From NCBI RefSeq assembly GCF_052169735.1, contig NZ_JBQNBW010000004.1, positions 548 through 64,547 of the forward strand: a stretch of 64,000 nucleotides of DNA, read 5' to 3'. The translations under genes were made by a program, and so were the position numbers. Source of the stretch: Treponema sp. (GTDB taxonomy: Bacteria > Spirochaetota > Spirochaetia > Treponematales > Treponemataceae). The notes under the pieces were generated by a model. That model did no database searches and was not told the origin of the DNA. It was given only the letters and a program-made list of their open reading frames with translations. This document shows positions 9,460 through 19,157 of the stretch, piece after piece (the first letter of the stretch is position 1; each line of letters opens with the position of its first letter).

Positions 9460-10323
9460 CTATTCGGTATACACAATACCGAGGTTACTTGCAACAGGGA
9501 TATGAATATTCCATCCGCGGCTTGGAGAAATAAGCCTTTGTTCAGCACCTTCTTTGAGTACCAGCGAACTTGAACTGCCGCCGTCGAATTGCAGAGCATC
9601 GGAGGCTCCTAAACCCCGCAATAGTACTGCCGATTCCGTATACGAAAGTCCTTGGCTGTAGCCTTTCCATTCACCTTCCACTGCAAGCATAAACAACGTA
9701 GCACCATCGGCGGTAAGCCCTACAGCTGTCCGGGAATCGCGGCGTTCCAGCTTTTGAGGCAACACACGTCCATCCTTTAAAATCATCCAAAATCCGCCAA
9801 GAGCTGAGCGCACTTCCTCCGAGAAGGCAGCTTCCGTCTGCGTTTCAATAATCCGTGCAGTCTTATCGGCAGAAAAAAGCAGCGCCCCGTAGCGCGGATT
9901 CGGTGTACTCATACAGCTATACTCCGTTATATGAACCCCAATTACCCTGCGGTATCTACTAAATAAAAGCGATTCAGCATGGAACGGAGCCGCATTACAG
10001 GCAGCAACCGTATGCAGCCGTTCTGCAAACTCCTGTGTCGTCTCTCCAATAACACATCCTTGTGTATCGTAAAACCGGGCAGCCTCTGTGGTAACAATGC
10101 GGATAGAAGGATGATGTAAATCGATTTTAACGGCATGAGCAATAAGCGGCAGCCGGCTGTCATAGATATCCGCAGCTTCAACCCCCGGACAAAGCATTCG
10201 CCATACTATAGAATGTGTATCAGGCTCAAAAGACTGCTCCTGCTGAGAAGGAGGAAGCCCGGCACATCCTGCACACACAACAATGAGTACTGCAAGTACT
10301 AGATACCAAAAGCCCTTGTGCAT
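9460..10323 (-). CDS. Phosphodiester glycosidase family (DUF2233-like) lipoprotein
   Basis: C-terminal RTAVGLTADGATLFMLAVEG...QFDGGSSSSLV pattern. I chose the start at MHKGFWYLVLAVLIVVCAGC (lipobox) rather than the ORF-track start at 10461. Confidence 0.65.
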   Translation of the reverse strand: MHKGFWYLVLAVLIVVCAGCAGLPPSQQEQSFEPDTHSIVWRMLCPGVEAADIYDSRLPLIAHAVKIDLHHPSIRIVTTEAARFYDTQGCVIGETTQEFAERLHTVAACNAAPFHAESLLFSRYRRVIGVHITEYSCMSTPNPRYGALLFSADKTARIIETQTEAAFSEEVRSALGGFWMILKDGRVLPQKLERRDSRTAVGLTADGATLFMLAVEGEWKGYSQGLSYTESAVLLRGLGASDALQFDGGSSSSLVLKEGAEQRLISPSRGWNIHIPVASNLGIVYTE

Positions 10324-10611
10324 GGATAGCCGCCCTGAGCGAGTCTGTCGTGAATACTTCTTATGTACCGGTATACTGCCGAAGCGCATACCTATATTAG
10401 GGAAGAATATATCAACATATTTCATTTTGTATAGCCTAACGGATTTACTATCCCTTTGCAAGAGAAAAGTGCAACCGTCTCAGACCTTGGAGCGAAGGTT
10501 CACCACCGCTAAAGCCGCCCAATCAAGAAGTCCTATCCGATAAACCGGTACTTTTCCTCAACGTATTGTGACTGAATTCAAGACAGGACGGTAAGGCTGA
10601 TATGCGCGTAT

Positions 10612-10641
10612 TTGCCAAAGGTATGTTATGTATGGTATACT
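10612..10641 (+). promoter_or_regulatory. Candidate sigma70 promoter with an extended -10
   Basis: TTGCCA, 18-nt spacer, TGgTATACT. The -10 ends 9 nt before the ATG at 10651. Confidence 0.4.
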
Positions 10642-10650
10642 ATGCCTACC

Positions 10651-12123
10651 ATGCCTCCTAAAATATGCCTTGTACTAACAGAAAATACAATAGGAAAAGA
10701 TTTGCAGCTCATTGAGCACTATCGGCAGTGGATTGATGCTGTTGAACTACGGGCTGACTTTCTTGATCCGCAGGAATTACTGCACATTCGGAAGTTTCCG
10801 GAGCTTGCCGGTCTGCCTGTCATCTTGACTATCCGCAGGCTGCTTGACGGCGGACAGTTTAAAGGGGGCGAAGGCTCGCGTATTACCCTGTTTGCCCGCG
10901 GACTGGCATTTGCCGACTCTGATCCGGTTAAAAACTTTGCGTATCTCGACCTTGAATCAGATATGCAAGTTCCCAGTTTGGAAGAAGCAGCCCAAGCCTT
11001 TGATATAGGTATTATCCGCAGTCTTCATAGCACAGAGCCTATCCGGGATTTAGTCAGTACAGTGCGGGAGATACGGCGGACTGATGATGAAATTGTGAAA
11101 ATCGCCTATAAGGCTCACTGCCTTGCTGATGTAACACGGTTATTTCAGCAGGCGGGTACTATAAAAGGACCGAATACCCTTATTGCAATGAGTAAGTACG
11201 GTATTCCCTCCCGTATTTTGGCTCCGCGGCTGCATTCAGCCTTTGTCTATACCCTACCGCAGGATTATATGACAAAAGCAAATCTCGCACAGGAATTTAT
11301 TGATCCTATTACCTTACAAACGGTATACCGATTCCGTAGCATAACCGAATCAACCAAAATATATGGTGTCGCCGGAGCCGATACCTCAAAAAGCCTGAGT
11401 CCTGCCATTCACAACGGCGGTTTTGTACGCAAAGGAAAAGATTCTGTTTATATTCCTATTTCGGCGGTAACTGTTGAAGAGGTTCTTGACTTTGCGCAAT
11501 GTGCGGGTATTTCAGGATTATCTGTTACTCATCCATTCAAATTTGATATTATTCCCTTCTTAGATTCAATCGGTCCTGCATCAAAAGCAAGCGGTGCCGT
11601 CAACACGGTGCTTTGCAATGAGGGCTGCCGGCAAGGTTTTAACACCGATATTGACGGGTTTACACGGGCGTTGCAGGAGTTCTTACATATAAAAACATTG
11701 CGGTTTCGGCATGTTGCAATTATCGGTACCGGCGGCGCCGCTCACGCAATCGCAAATGCTGTGTACCAGCTGCACGGGAATGCTTGCGTATTCGGACGCA
11801 CTGCGGAAAAGGCACAGAATTTAGCGGAACGGTATGGTTTTCGCTGGGCTGTGCTGGACTTAGCATCTGTACCTCTATTAAAAAAATATTCGGCTGTTAT
11901 AATACAAGCAACGTGTAGCGGTATGCAGGAAGGTGAAGATCCTTTAAGTTTTTATAGCTTTTCCGGGTATGAAAAAGTATTTGATGTTATCTATACCCCT
12001 GAAAAAACGGCGCTTCTCAAACGTGCCGAACATGCAGGCTGTGCAGTTACAAACGGATATGATATGCTCCGGTATCAAGCATATAAACAATTCGAACTTT
12101 TTACGGGAGGCTCTTATGAGTAA
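10651..12123 (+). CDS. aroDE: Bifunctional 3-dehydroquinate dehydratase (type I) and shikimate dehydrogenase
   Basis: The N-terminal half is type I DHQase-like (ICLVL...VELRADFL). The C-terminal half carries the shikimate DH motif [20 protein letters not shown] and a GTGGAA Rossmann motif. The start is uncertain (10612, 10642 or 10651). Confidence 0.85.
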   Translation: MPPKICLVLTENTIGKDLQLIEHYRQWIDAVELRADFLDPQELLHIRKFPELAGLPVILTIRRLLDGGQFKGGEGSRITLFARGLAFADSDPVKNFAYLDLESDMQVPSLEEAAQAFDIGIIRSLHSTEPIRDLVSTVREIRRTDDEIVKIAYKAHCLADVTRLFQQAGTIKGPNTLIAMSKYGIPSRILAPRLHSAFVYTLPQDYMTKANLAQEFIDPITLQTVYRFRSITESTKIYGVAGADTSKSLSPAIHNGGFVRKGKDSVYIPISAVTVEEVLDFAQCAGISGLSVTHPFKFDIIPFLDSIGPASKASGAVNTVLCNEGCRQGFNTDIDGFTRALQEFLHIKTLRFRHVAIIGTGGAAHAIANAVYQLHGNACVFGRTAEKAQNLAERYGFRWAVLDLASVPLLKKYSAVIIQATCSGMQEGEDPLSFYSFSGYEKVFDVIYTPEKTALLKRAEHAGCAVTNGYDMLRYQAYKQFELFTGGSYE

Positions 12124-12847
12124 TACAATAAGTAGTGAAGATCAAAAGATATTGGTTGCGCATACAGCGATTGATAAGCTGATCGCAGAAGGTCTTATTC
12201 ATTCGGGAATGAAAATCGGTCTTGGAACAGGCTCCACAGCCATGCCTGCGGTTAAACGGCTGGCTGAGTATATTGCAAAAGGAACGCTCAAAGATATTGC
12301 AGCAGTTCCCACCAGTTTTCAAACATCAATAGCGTGTGAGGAATTTAATATTCCGATTTTTTCACTCAGCTCAGGACGCATTAACGGTTCCTTAGACCTC
12401 ACCATTGATGGAGCGGATGAAATTGACACCAAGAAAAACTTGATTAAAGGCGGCGGGGCAGCCCTGCTCCGCGAAAAAATTATTGCGTACAATAGCGCGG
12501 TCTTTGTTGTTATTGCAGATGAGTCAAAAAGCGTTAAAACGCTTGGGGTGAATTTTCCGCTCCCGATTGAAATTGTACCGGAAGCGCGTCTCAGTATTAT
12601 GAAAAAACTAGAAGCCTACGGTGTTTCTATGATTATCCGTGACGGTGTACGCAAGAAGGGACCGGTTATTACCGACAACGGAAATTTTATTATGGATATA
12701 AAGTGGTCAGCTCATGAAAAAATCAATCCGGTAAAACTAGAAAGCGAGCTGAATGCTATTCCCGGTATTATCGAAAACGGATTTTTTACGCAAAAAACGC
12801 CCCGTGTGTTTTTAAGCAGAGCGAGCGGTATTGTCGAAGAATTTTAG
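12116..12847 (+). CDS. rpiA: Ribose-5-phosphate isomerase A
   Basis: GLGTGST motif, DGADE and [11 protein letters not shown]. The ATG at 12116 follows GGGAGG and overlaps the aroDE stop. The ORF-track start at 11969 is an upstream in-frame extension. Confidence 0.9.
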   Translation: MSNTISSEDQKILVAHTAIDKLIAEGLIHSGMKIGLGTGSTAMPAVKRLAEYIAKGTLKDIAAVPTSFQTSIACEEFNIPIFSLSSGRINGSLDLTIDGADEIDTKKNLIKGGGAALLREKIIAYNSAVFVVIADESKSVKTLGVNFPLPIEIVPEARLSIMKKLEAYGVSMIIRDGVRKKGPVITDNGNFIMDIKWSAHEKINPVKLESELNAIPGIIENGFFTQKTPRVFLSRASGIVEEF

Positions 12848-12850
12848 TGC

Positions 12851-12935
12851 GATGTCTTCTAAAAATTATGGGGCATCTTTAGAAGCTCTATACCTGATTT
12901 TTTAGAGATGCCATATAGTGCTGTTTTAGAAGATG
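12851..12935. repeat. REP-like element cluster
   Basis: GATGTCTTCTAAAAATT, GGCATCTTTAGAAGCTCTATACCTGATTTTTTAGAGATGCC and GTTTTAGAAGATG. Confidence 0.55.
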
Positions 12936-12977
12936 TTTAAAGGGGATGTTTCAAGGGGTATTTAAGAGGAATATGGT

Positions 12978-13694
12978 ATGAGGATAGGTGTTTTTGCCGC
13001 CGAGCAGCAAGAAATTGAGAATATTCAGCAGCGTTTGCAGGGGAAGAAAACTGAAAAAGCCGGTTTGATTTTTTATACTGCTGAATATGGCGTACATACT
13101 GTCATCAGTGTATGCGGCGGAATCGGGAAAGTGAATGCGGCAGTCTGCACTCAACTGCTCATTTCAGACTTTGGTGCAGAGGTTATTATCAATACGGGAA
13201 CAGCCGGCGGCTTGAATGAAACGCTGCGGGTATTTGATCTTGTTGTTTCTGTCGATGCGGTGCAGTATGATGTTGATGTTTGCCCCTTTGGGTATGCACG
13301 AGGACAAGTTCCCGGTACACCCTCCCCTTTTTGGCAAGCCGATGATAATCTACGCTCTTGTGTGATGAATACGTTTGCCAAGCTGAAAACCGAGTGTGCT
13401 GACGATTTTCGCAATACCAACACTATGATTGCAGGGAGAATTGCATCAGGGGATCGGTTTATCGTAGATACTGCAATAAAAAAAGACATAATTGATGTCT
13501 TTCATGCTGACTGTGTGGAAATGGAAGGCGCGGCTGTTGCACAAACCTGTGTAATGAATGCGGTTCCCTTTGTTATCCTGCGGTGCATCTCGGATAACGC
13601 CGGAGAGCCTGCCGCTCTATCATACCAGCAGTTTTCCAAAGAGGCATCCCGTATTTCTGCCATGCTGGTATTGCATACGATTACGCAGCTGTAG
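12978..13694 (+). CDS. mtnN: 5'-methylthioadenosine/S-adenosylhomocysteine nucleosidase
   Basis: GIGKVNAA, GTAGGL and VEMEGAAVAQ motifs. 238 aa. Confidence 0.9.
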   Translation: MRIGVFAAEQQEIENIQQRLQGKKTEKAGLIFYTAEYGVHTVISVCGGIGKVNAAVCTQLLISDFGAEVIINTGTAGGLNETLRVFDLVVSVDAVQYDVDVCPFGYARGQVPGTPSPFWQADDNLRSCVMNTFAKLKTECADDFRNTNTMIAGRIASGDRFIVDTAIKKDIIDVFHADCVEMEGAAVAQTCVMNAVPFVILRCISDNAGEPAALSYQQFSKEASRISAMLVLHTITQL

Positions 13695-13708
13695 GGCTTT
13701 GCTATAAT
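13681..13708 (+). promoter_or_regulatory. Candidate sigma70 promoter with an extended -10
   Basis: TTACGC, 16-nt spacer, TGcTATAAT. About 90 nt upstream of the AEC transporter ATG. Confidence 0.4.
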
Positions 13709-13798
13709 GCCGGGATTTTTTAAGATATTCGGCGGCGGAGTGACATTTGGGGGAGTTTTGAGACACCGCCCACCCCTAACACCCGGAAAGGAATAACG

Positions 13799-14737
13799 AT
13801 GGGAAGTTTTTATGTAGCCTTTAACGCAGTTATGCCGGCAGTTCTGCTGGTATCGTTTGGGTATTTTCTTAAAACAAAGCATTATTTGAATGAAAAGACA
13901 ATTTCTCAGTTAAATAAGCTGTGTTTTGATCTCTTGTTGCCGATTGTAACGTTCAATAATATCAGAAAAACAAATCTGAATGCAGTGTTCGATCTATCTT
14001 TTGTGCTGTATGCTGCCGGGAGCATTATTGCAGCAATCTTTTTGTTAGTTGCCATTGTTCCCTTTTTTGAGAAAGACCGAAAAAAACAAGGCGTTATGAT
14101 TCAAGGTATTTTTAGAAGCAACTTTGTTATGCTCGGTATTCCTATTTCTACCTATATTGCAGGTGAACAAAGCGCCGTGCTGGCATCAATGCTGATTATG
14201 GTAATTATCCCTATCTTCAATGGTTCTGCGGTTATTTTGCTTTCAATCTATGGCGGATATGCGGTTGATAAAAAGAAGCTCATTCTCGATGTCTTAAAAA
14301 ATCACATGATTATTGCTTCGGTATTGGGGATTATTATGTCACTGGTGCATCCGCCGATCCCGACATTTTTAGATAAATCACTGTTGGATGTCGGTAAAGT
14401 CGGGGCTGTGTTTCCTATTATTGTGCTGGGCGCAATGCTCGATTTTTCAAAGATTTCTGCAAATTTCCGCAATTTGAGTATTACCCTTGCCGGAAAACTG
14501 ATTGTCATGCCGCTCATTTTCCTCACCATTGCGATACGGCTCGGCTTTAGTTCCCAAGAAGTTGTTGCACTGATAGCGTTATACGGTTCACCCACAGCGG
14601 TTATTTCGGCAGTTATGGCAGAGCAGCTCGGATGCGATGGAGAGCTTGCTGCGCAAGTTGTTATCTTTTCTACGGTTATGTCGTGTATTACGATATTCGG
14701 AATTGTATTTGTGCTCAGTTTTCTAAAAGTGATATAG
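13799..14737 (+). CDS. AEC (auxin efflux carrier) family permease
   Basis: 312 aa with about 10 TM segments in a two-half arrangement typical of the AEC family. Confidence 0.8.
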   Translation: MGSFYVAFNAVMPAVLLVSFGYFLKTKHYLNEKTISQLNKLCFDLLLPIVTFNNIRKTNLNAVFDLSFVLYAAGSIIAAIFLLVAIVPFFEKDRKKQGVMIQGIFRSNFVMLGIPISTYIAGEQSAVLASMLIMVIIPIFNGSAVILLSIYGGYAVDKKKLILDVLKNHMIIASVLGIIMSLVHPPIPTFLDKSLLDVGKVGAVFPIIVLGAMLDFSKISANFRNLSITLAGKLIVMPLIFLTIAIRLGFSSQEVVALIALYGSPTAVISAVMAEQLGCDGELAAQVVIFSTVMSCITIFGIVFVLSFLKVI

Positions 14738-14771
14738 GGGATGCTCTACAAATTGAGGGCAGCTCACTATC

Positions 14772-14829
14772 ATTTCGATAACGAAAACACTCGGTCTGTT
14801 CGACAACTTCCGTTTCCGAACAGGTTTAC
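14772..14829. repeat. Partial copy of the three-hairpin element (terminal hairpin module)
   Basis: CTGTTCGACAACTTCCGTTTCCGAACAG hairpin plus flanking similarity to 49527-49560. Confidence 0.5.
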
Positions 14830-14926
14830 TTTAGAGCATCTTGAATCCTCCCTCGTGTTTCAGGATTGCGCATTCAATAGGCAAACGGGAAGCGCTCACT
14901 GCGAGCTGTCCGTTGAAGGAGATTAT

Positions 14927-16684
14927 ATGATAATTGTTGACCGTATCAACGTATTACGGAAAAAAATGGCAGAATGCGGATTGGATGCATATTATATTCC
15001 AACCTCTGATCCGCACCAATGTGAATATCTTGCTGAGCACGATAAAACCCGGGTTTTTATTTCAGGTTTTACCGGATCAGCCGGTTCGGTATTAGTTACC
15101 AAAACGCAAGCCTTTTTGTGGACTGACGGCAGGTACTTTTTACAGGCAGAGAAAGAATTACAAGGCAGCGGCATTATATTACAAAAAAGCGGAGAGCCGG
15201 GTGTTCCAACCGTATTTGAATATCTTGCAGAAAACCTACCGGCCGGAAGCACAATCGGTATGGACGGAAAGGTAATTGCAGCGGATTTGTTTACTCAATT
15301 TACCAATGCCTTACCGGAAATGAAGTTTATTATCGATCAAGATTTGATTGGACAAATGTGGGAGAACCGCCCTGCCCCCGTGCTGAGTACTGCATTCTTA
15401 CTGGATATACAGTATACCGGAAAGTCAGTCAAAGATAAAATCTCCACAGTCCGTGAAATACTCAAAGAAAAACATACTGATGCAACTGTTATCGGTGCAT
15501 TGGAAGATGTATGCTACCTCTTTAATATCCGCGGTAACGATATTGCCTGTACGCCGGTTGTTACTGCATATACAATTGTTGATATGCAGTCAGCGCGGCT
15601 CTATATCGATGCGCGGCAGATGACGGATGCAGTTCAGACAGCCTTGGAACAAGAAGGCGTTTCGGTACTGCCTTATGAAGCAGTCTTTGACGATGCTGCA
15701 AAACTCACCGGTACGGTATATATCGATCTTGCACGTACCAATATCTTTTTGCGTAATAAGATCAGTGCATCCATCCATACCGGGTTGAATATTACCGCAG
15801 CGATGAAGGCGATTAAAAACGAAATAGAAGTGAAAAATTACCGAAATGCCTTCTTCAAAGACGGAATCGCGATGGTTAAAATCTTGAAATGGGTAGAAGA
15901 TCATGCAGCGGCAGGTGTAACTGAATGGGATGTTTCCGAACAACTGTTAAAATTCCGCGCCGAGCAGCCGGACTTTTTAGAAGCGAGCTTTACTACCATT
16001 GCCGGATATGGATCCAATGCGGCAATTATCCACTATGGGCCGCATAAAGAAACCGCTGCAACCTTACAGCCTAAAGGGTTCCTACTGCTGGATTCAGGCG
16101 GACAATACCGGGATGGAACTACGGATATTACCCGCACTATTCCGCTGGGACCGCTGACTGCAGCTGAAAAAGAAGACTATACGCTGGTACTCAAAGGACA
16201 TATCCAGCTTGCATTGGCAAAATTTCCTGAAGGCACAACCGGTTATAAACTTGACATTCTCGCCCGCAATCCGCTGCGGCAGTACGGCAAGGACTACAAA
16301 CACGGTACGGGACATGGTGTCGGTTACGTGCTTTCAGTCCATGAAGGCCCGCAGAATATCGGTTTGAAATATGTGAATACTCCAATAAAAGCGGGTATGA
16401 TTACTTCAAATGAGCCGGGATTTTACTGTGCAGGAAGCCACGGTATCAGAATTGAAAACCTCACCCTCGCAAAAGAATGGAAAACCACAGAATACGGCAC
16501 CTTCTTGGAGTTTGAAACACTGACCTTGTGTCCGATTGATACACGCCCAGTACTGAAAGAACTGCTGCTGCCTGAAGAGATTGCGTGGCTGAATGACTAT
16601 AACCGGACTGTCTGCACTACATTAGAAGCCCATTTGGATGATGTACACCGTACCTTCTTAAAAGAACGGACACAGGCGTTATAA
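14927..16684 (+). CDS. pepP: Xaa-Pro aminopeptidase (M24B, creatinase-like N-domains)
   Basis: C-terminal M24 metal-ligand pattern (DSGGQY...DITRT...HGTGHGVG...SNEPG...IRIEN). I chose the ATG at 14927 after GAAGGAG. The ORF-track extension back to 14741 runs through a repeat element. Confidence 0.9.
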   Translation: MIIVDRINVLRKKMAECGLDAYYIPTSDPHQCEYLAEHDKTRVFISGFTGSAGSVLVTKTQAFLWTDGRYFLQAEKELQGSGIILQKSGEPGVPTVFEYLAENLPAGSTIGMDGKVIAADLFTQFTNALPEMKFIIDQDLIGQMWENRPAPVLSTAFLLDIQYTGKSVKDKISTVREILKEKHTDATVIGALEDVCYLFNIRGNDIACTPVVTAYTIVDMQSARLYIDARQMTDAVQTALEQEGVSVLPYEAVFDDAAKLTGTVYIDLARTNIFLRNKISASIHTGLNITAAMKAIKNEIEVKNYRNAFFKDGIAMVKILKWVEDHAAAGVTEWDVSEQLLKFRAEQPDFLEASFTTIAGYGSNAAIIHYGPHKETAATLQPKGFLLLDSGGQYRDGTTDITRTIPLGPLTAAEKEDYTLVLKGHIQLALAKFPEGTTGYKLDILARNPLRQYGKDYKHGTGHGVGYVLSVHEGPQNIGLKYVNTPIKAGMITSNEPGFYCAGSHGIRIENLTLAKEWKTTEYGTFLEFETLTLCPIDTRPVLKELLLPEEIAWLNDYNRTVCTTLEAHLDDVHRTFLKERTQAL

Positions 16685-16702
16685 GACAGCCCATTATCAA
16701 TC

Positions 16703-16735
16703 AACCTGTTCTGAAACCTCCGTTTTGGAACAGGT
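16703..16735. repeat. Solo hairpin module related to the three-hairpin element
   Basis: AACCTGTTCTGAAACCTCCGTTTTGGAACAGGT, between pepP and ruvC. Confidence 0.5.
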
Positions 16736-16762
16736 CTCACTACTGACGGAGATTATAGAGGA

Positions 16763-17278
16763 ATGATGACGCAAGGGGCTATTTCTGGAAAAATTATTAT
16801 GGGGATAGACCCCGGGCTTGCCTCTACCGGCTATGGGCTTATTATGGTAAGCGGCAGCAGAATACGCTGTATCGACTACGGAGTGATACACACTGAATCG
16901 GCACAGGTTCAAGGGAACCGGCTGCTTATCATTTTTGACCGGCTGACGGAACTTATCCGCACCTATACTCCGGCAGCCGCAGGTATTGAAACCCTCTACT
17001 TTGCTAAAAATGTAACAAGCGCATTGAGTGTTTCCGAAGCCCGCGGAGTTACCTTGCTCGCTTTGGCTCAAGCCGGTATTCCAGTGTTTCAGTATGCGCC
17101 GAACGCGATCAAAAAAGCTGTTACCGGTATCGCGCAGGCGGAAAAAGCTCAAGTCCAGCTGACTGTTCAGCTTTTACTCGGGCTGAAAACAGTCCCAAAA
17201 CCGGATCACGCTGCAGACGCACTTGCTGCTGCCATTACCTACGTTAATACCGGTACAGCCGATATTTTTTCGAGCTAA
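16763..17278 (+). CDS. ruvC: Crossover junction endodeoxyribonuclease RuvC
   Basis: The IMGIDPGLASTGYG catalytic Asp motif lies near the N-terminus. The real start is possibly the Met at 16799. Confidence 0.9.
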   Translation: MMTQGAISGKIIMGIDPGLASTGYGLIMVSGSRIRCIDYGVIHTESAQVQGNRLLIIFDRLTELIRTYTPAAAGIETLYFAKNVTSALSVSEARGVTLLALAQAGIPVFQYAPNAIKKAVTGIAQAEKAQVQLTVQLLLGLKTVPKPDHAADALAAAITYVNTGTADIFSS

Positions 17279-17357
17279 AGGTAAGAATCAACAATCCCGA
17301 CGCGGTTTGTGTGAGAATCCATTCCAAAACGTAAATATAGCTTTTTTTTTCTCTTTG

Positions 17358-17366
17358 TGATAGAAT
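17358..17366 (+). promoter_or_regulatory. Extended -10 element (TGaTAGAAT) immediately upstream of the ATG
   Basis: The -10 ends 6 nt before the ATG at 17373. A T9 tract at 17342-17350 lies in the spacer region. No Shine-Dalgarno sequence is present. Confidence 0.35.
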
Positions 17367-17372
17367 CGCACT

Positions 17373-18158
17373 ATGATTGGTTTCTTTCTAAAAAAGAATT
17401 TTTTTGACGGCTGGGATCATTTTCTGCCGCTTGCCGGTTTTAATATTGTTCTGATAGTAGTCATTTTTTTGTTTTTTACCCTTGTATATGCTCTTTCATC
17501 CATTCCGCTCCTTGCTTTCTGCGCAATAGGAGCCGGTTGTCTGGTGCTTGGCGTGCTTTTGCTTACTATTTCTAACATGACGGCACAGATTGCAGATTAC
17601 AAATCTTTCTCGATCAAAGATATTATGGAAGAAATGCGTCAAGTGTGGCTGCATGGCTCTCTTTTTGCCGGTTTAGAACTGTTGAGTTTTGCTTTAATCA
17701 GTATCACAATCCCTTATTATTTTGCATTGAAAAATTTTTTAGGCTTCTTTCTGGGTGTATCTGTTATATGGATATTTATTATCATCCAACTGTCATTACT
17801 GTGGTTTTTCCCGATACGGAGCAGACTTGAGTCGAATTTCCGCAAATGTCTTAAAAAGTGCTTTATTATTTTCTTTGATAACACCGGTTTTACGTTGTTT
17901 ATGGTGATCTACAGTGTCATCCTGATAGTATTAACGCCGTTTTTAGCCTTCTTAATGCCGGGATTTTCAGGATTGCTTCTGGCATGGAATAACGCATTTA
18001 AGTTGAGGATGTATAAATATGATTGGTTGGAGCAGCATCCTGAAATACCGTTAAAAATTGCCCGTAAGCAAATTCCATGGGATGAGCTGCTTGCAGAAGA
18101 CCGCGAAACAGTTGGAACACGCAGTATTAAAAACCTCATTTTTCCATGGAAGGATTAG
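17373..18158 (+). CDS. Integral membrane protein of unknown function (possibly DUF624/YesL-like)
   Basis: 261 aa with 5-6 hydrophobic segments. Confidence 0.6.
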   Translation: MIGFFLKKNFFDGWDHFLPLAGFNIVLIVVIFLFFTLVYALSSIPLLAFCAIGAGCLVLGVLLLTISNMTAQIADYKSFSIKDIMEEMRQVWLHGSLFAGLELLSFALISITIPYYFALKNFLGFFLGVSVIWIFIIIQLSLLWFFPIRSRLESNFRKCLKKCFIIFFDNTGFTLFMVIYSVILIVLTPFLAFLMPGFSGLLLAWNNAFKLRMYKYDWLEQHPEIPLKIARKQIPWDELLAEDRETVGTRSIKNLIFPWKD

Positions 18159-18348
18159 CGTAATCACCACTCCTCACACGGTATATGAGGATTAATCCTC
18201 TGCACAAATCAACAACCCCGATGCGGCTTGTGAGCATTAACTCTCCGCACGAATCAAAAGGATATAAGCCGTTTCGTGTAAGCGAGCGAGATGAATTTAA
18301 TTCCCGGTTCTCTGTGCCGGAGGTGTATATATTTTAAGGGAGGATACT

Positions 18349-19053
18349 ATGAGTACCCATATTGGAGCAAAACAAGGCGAAATTGCTGAACGCATTTTGT
18401 TGCCGGGCGATCCGCTGCGGGCTAAATTTGTAGCGGAACATTTTTTGGAGAATGCACATTGCTATAATGAAGTGCGCGGGATGTTCGGTTTTACCGGCAC
18501 CTATAAAGGTGTACCTGTTTCCGTACAGGGTACCGGAATGGGGCAACCGTCGTTATCGATCTATGTAAATGAACTTTTCCGTGAGTATAATGTACAAAAA
18601 GCAATCAGAATCGGAACGGCAGGTGCTTTGCAAAAAGATATTCCCCTACGGGCACTGGTTATTGCCATGAGTGCATCTACTAATTCCGGTTCCAATACAT
18701 TGCGGTTCCGCGGAACTCAGTTTGCCCCGACTGCTGACTGGAAACTTTTAAAACACGCATACGATGCAGCTGTCCGACTGGGCTACAACCCCTTGGTCGG
18801 CAGTATCGCTTCCTCAGACGTGTTCTATGATGAGTTGGAGACATGGAAACTCTGGGCTGAGTACGGTCTTTTAGCAATAGAGATGGAAGCTGCTGAACTG
18901 TACACACTTGCCGCAAAATATAAACGTCAGGCACTCACACTGCTGACAATCTCCGATAATATGGTTACTCATGAAGAAACCACAGCTGAAGAGCGGCAGC
19001 TGTCTTTCACTGCTATGATGCAAACTGCATTGGAAGCTATTATCGCAGAATAA
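18349..19053 (+). CDS. deoD: Purine nucleoside phosphorylase, DeoD type
   Basis: [24 protein letters not shown]...[14 protein letters not shown]...IEMEAAELY. Confidence 0.9.
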   Translation: MSTHIGAKQGEIAERILLPGDPLRAKFVAEHFLENAHCYNEVRGMFGFTGTYKGVPVSVQGTGMGQPSLSIYVNELFREYNVQKAIRIGTAGALQKDIPLRALVIAMSASTNSGSNTLRFRGTQFAPTADWKLLKHAYDAAVRLGYNPLVGSIASSDVFYDELETWKLWAEYGLLAIEMEAAELYTLAAKYKRQALTLLTISDNMVTHEETTAEERQLSFTAMMQTALEAIIAE

Positions 19054-19080
19054 CCCATTTCCGTTGCATATAAACGGCAT

Positions 19081-19113
19081 ACACTGTCAGCTATAGTCTA
19101 CTGTTGACAGTGT
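19081..19113 (+). terminator. Hairpin downstream of deoD
   Basis: ACACTGTCA / TGACAGTGT forms a 9-bp stem with a 15-nt loop, followed by a T-rich stretch. Confidence 0.4.
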
Positions 19114-19157
19114 TATGATGCTATTTTTAGAACCCGTTCACATTTGAGACCTTTCCT

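Noticed and set aside
11969-12115. N-terminal extensions in ORF-track models (rpiA from 11969, pepP from 14741, ZinT-like from 38780, hslV from 50308, glycosidase from 10461, reductase from 53995)
   Set aside because: Internal ATGs preceded by good Shine-Dalgarno sequences give N-termini matching the family or a signal peptide. Several of the extensions read through intergenic repeat elements or the upstream gene.
16697-17152. 151-aa minus-strand ORF overlapping ruvC
   Set aside because: The plus-strand frame carries the RuvC catalytic motif, and the antisense product has no features.
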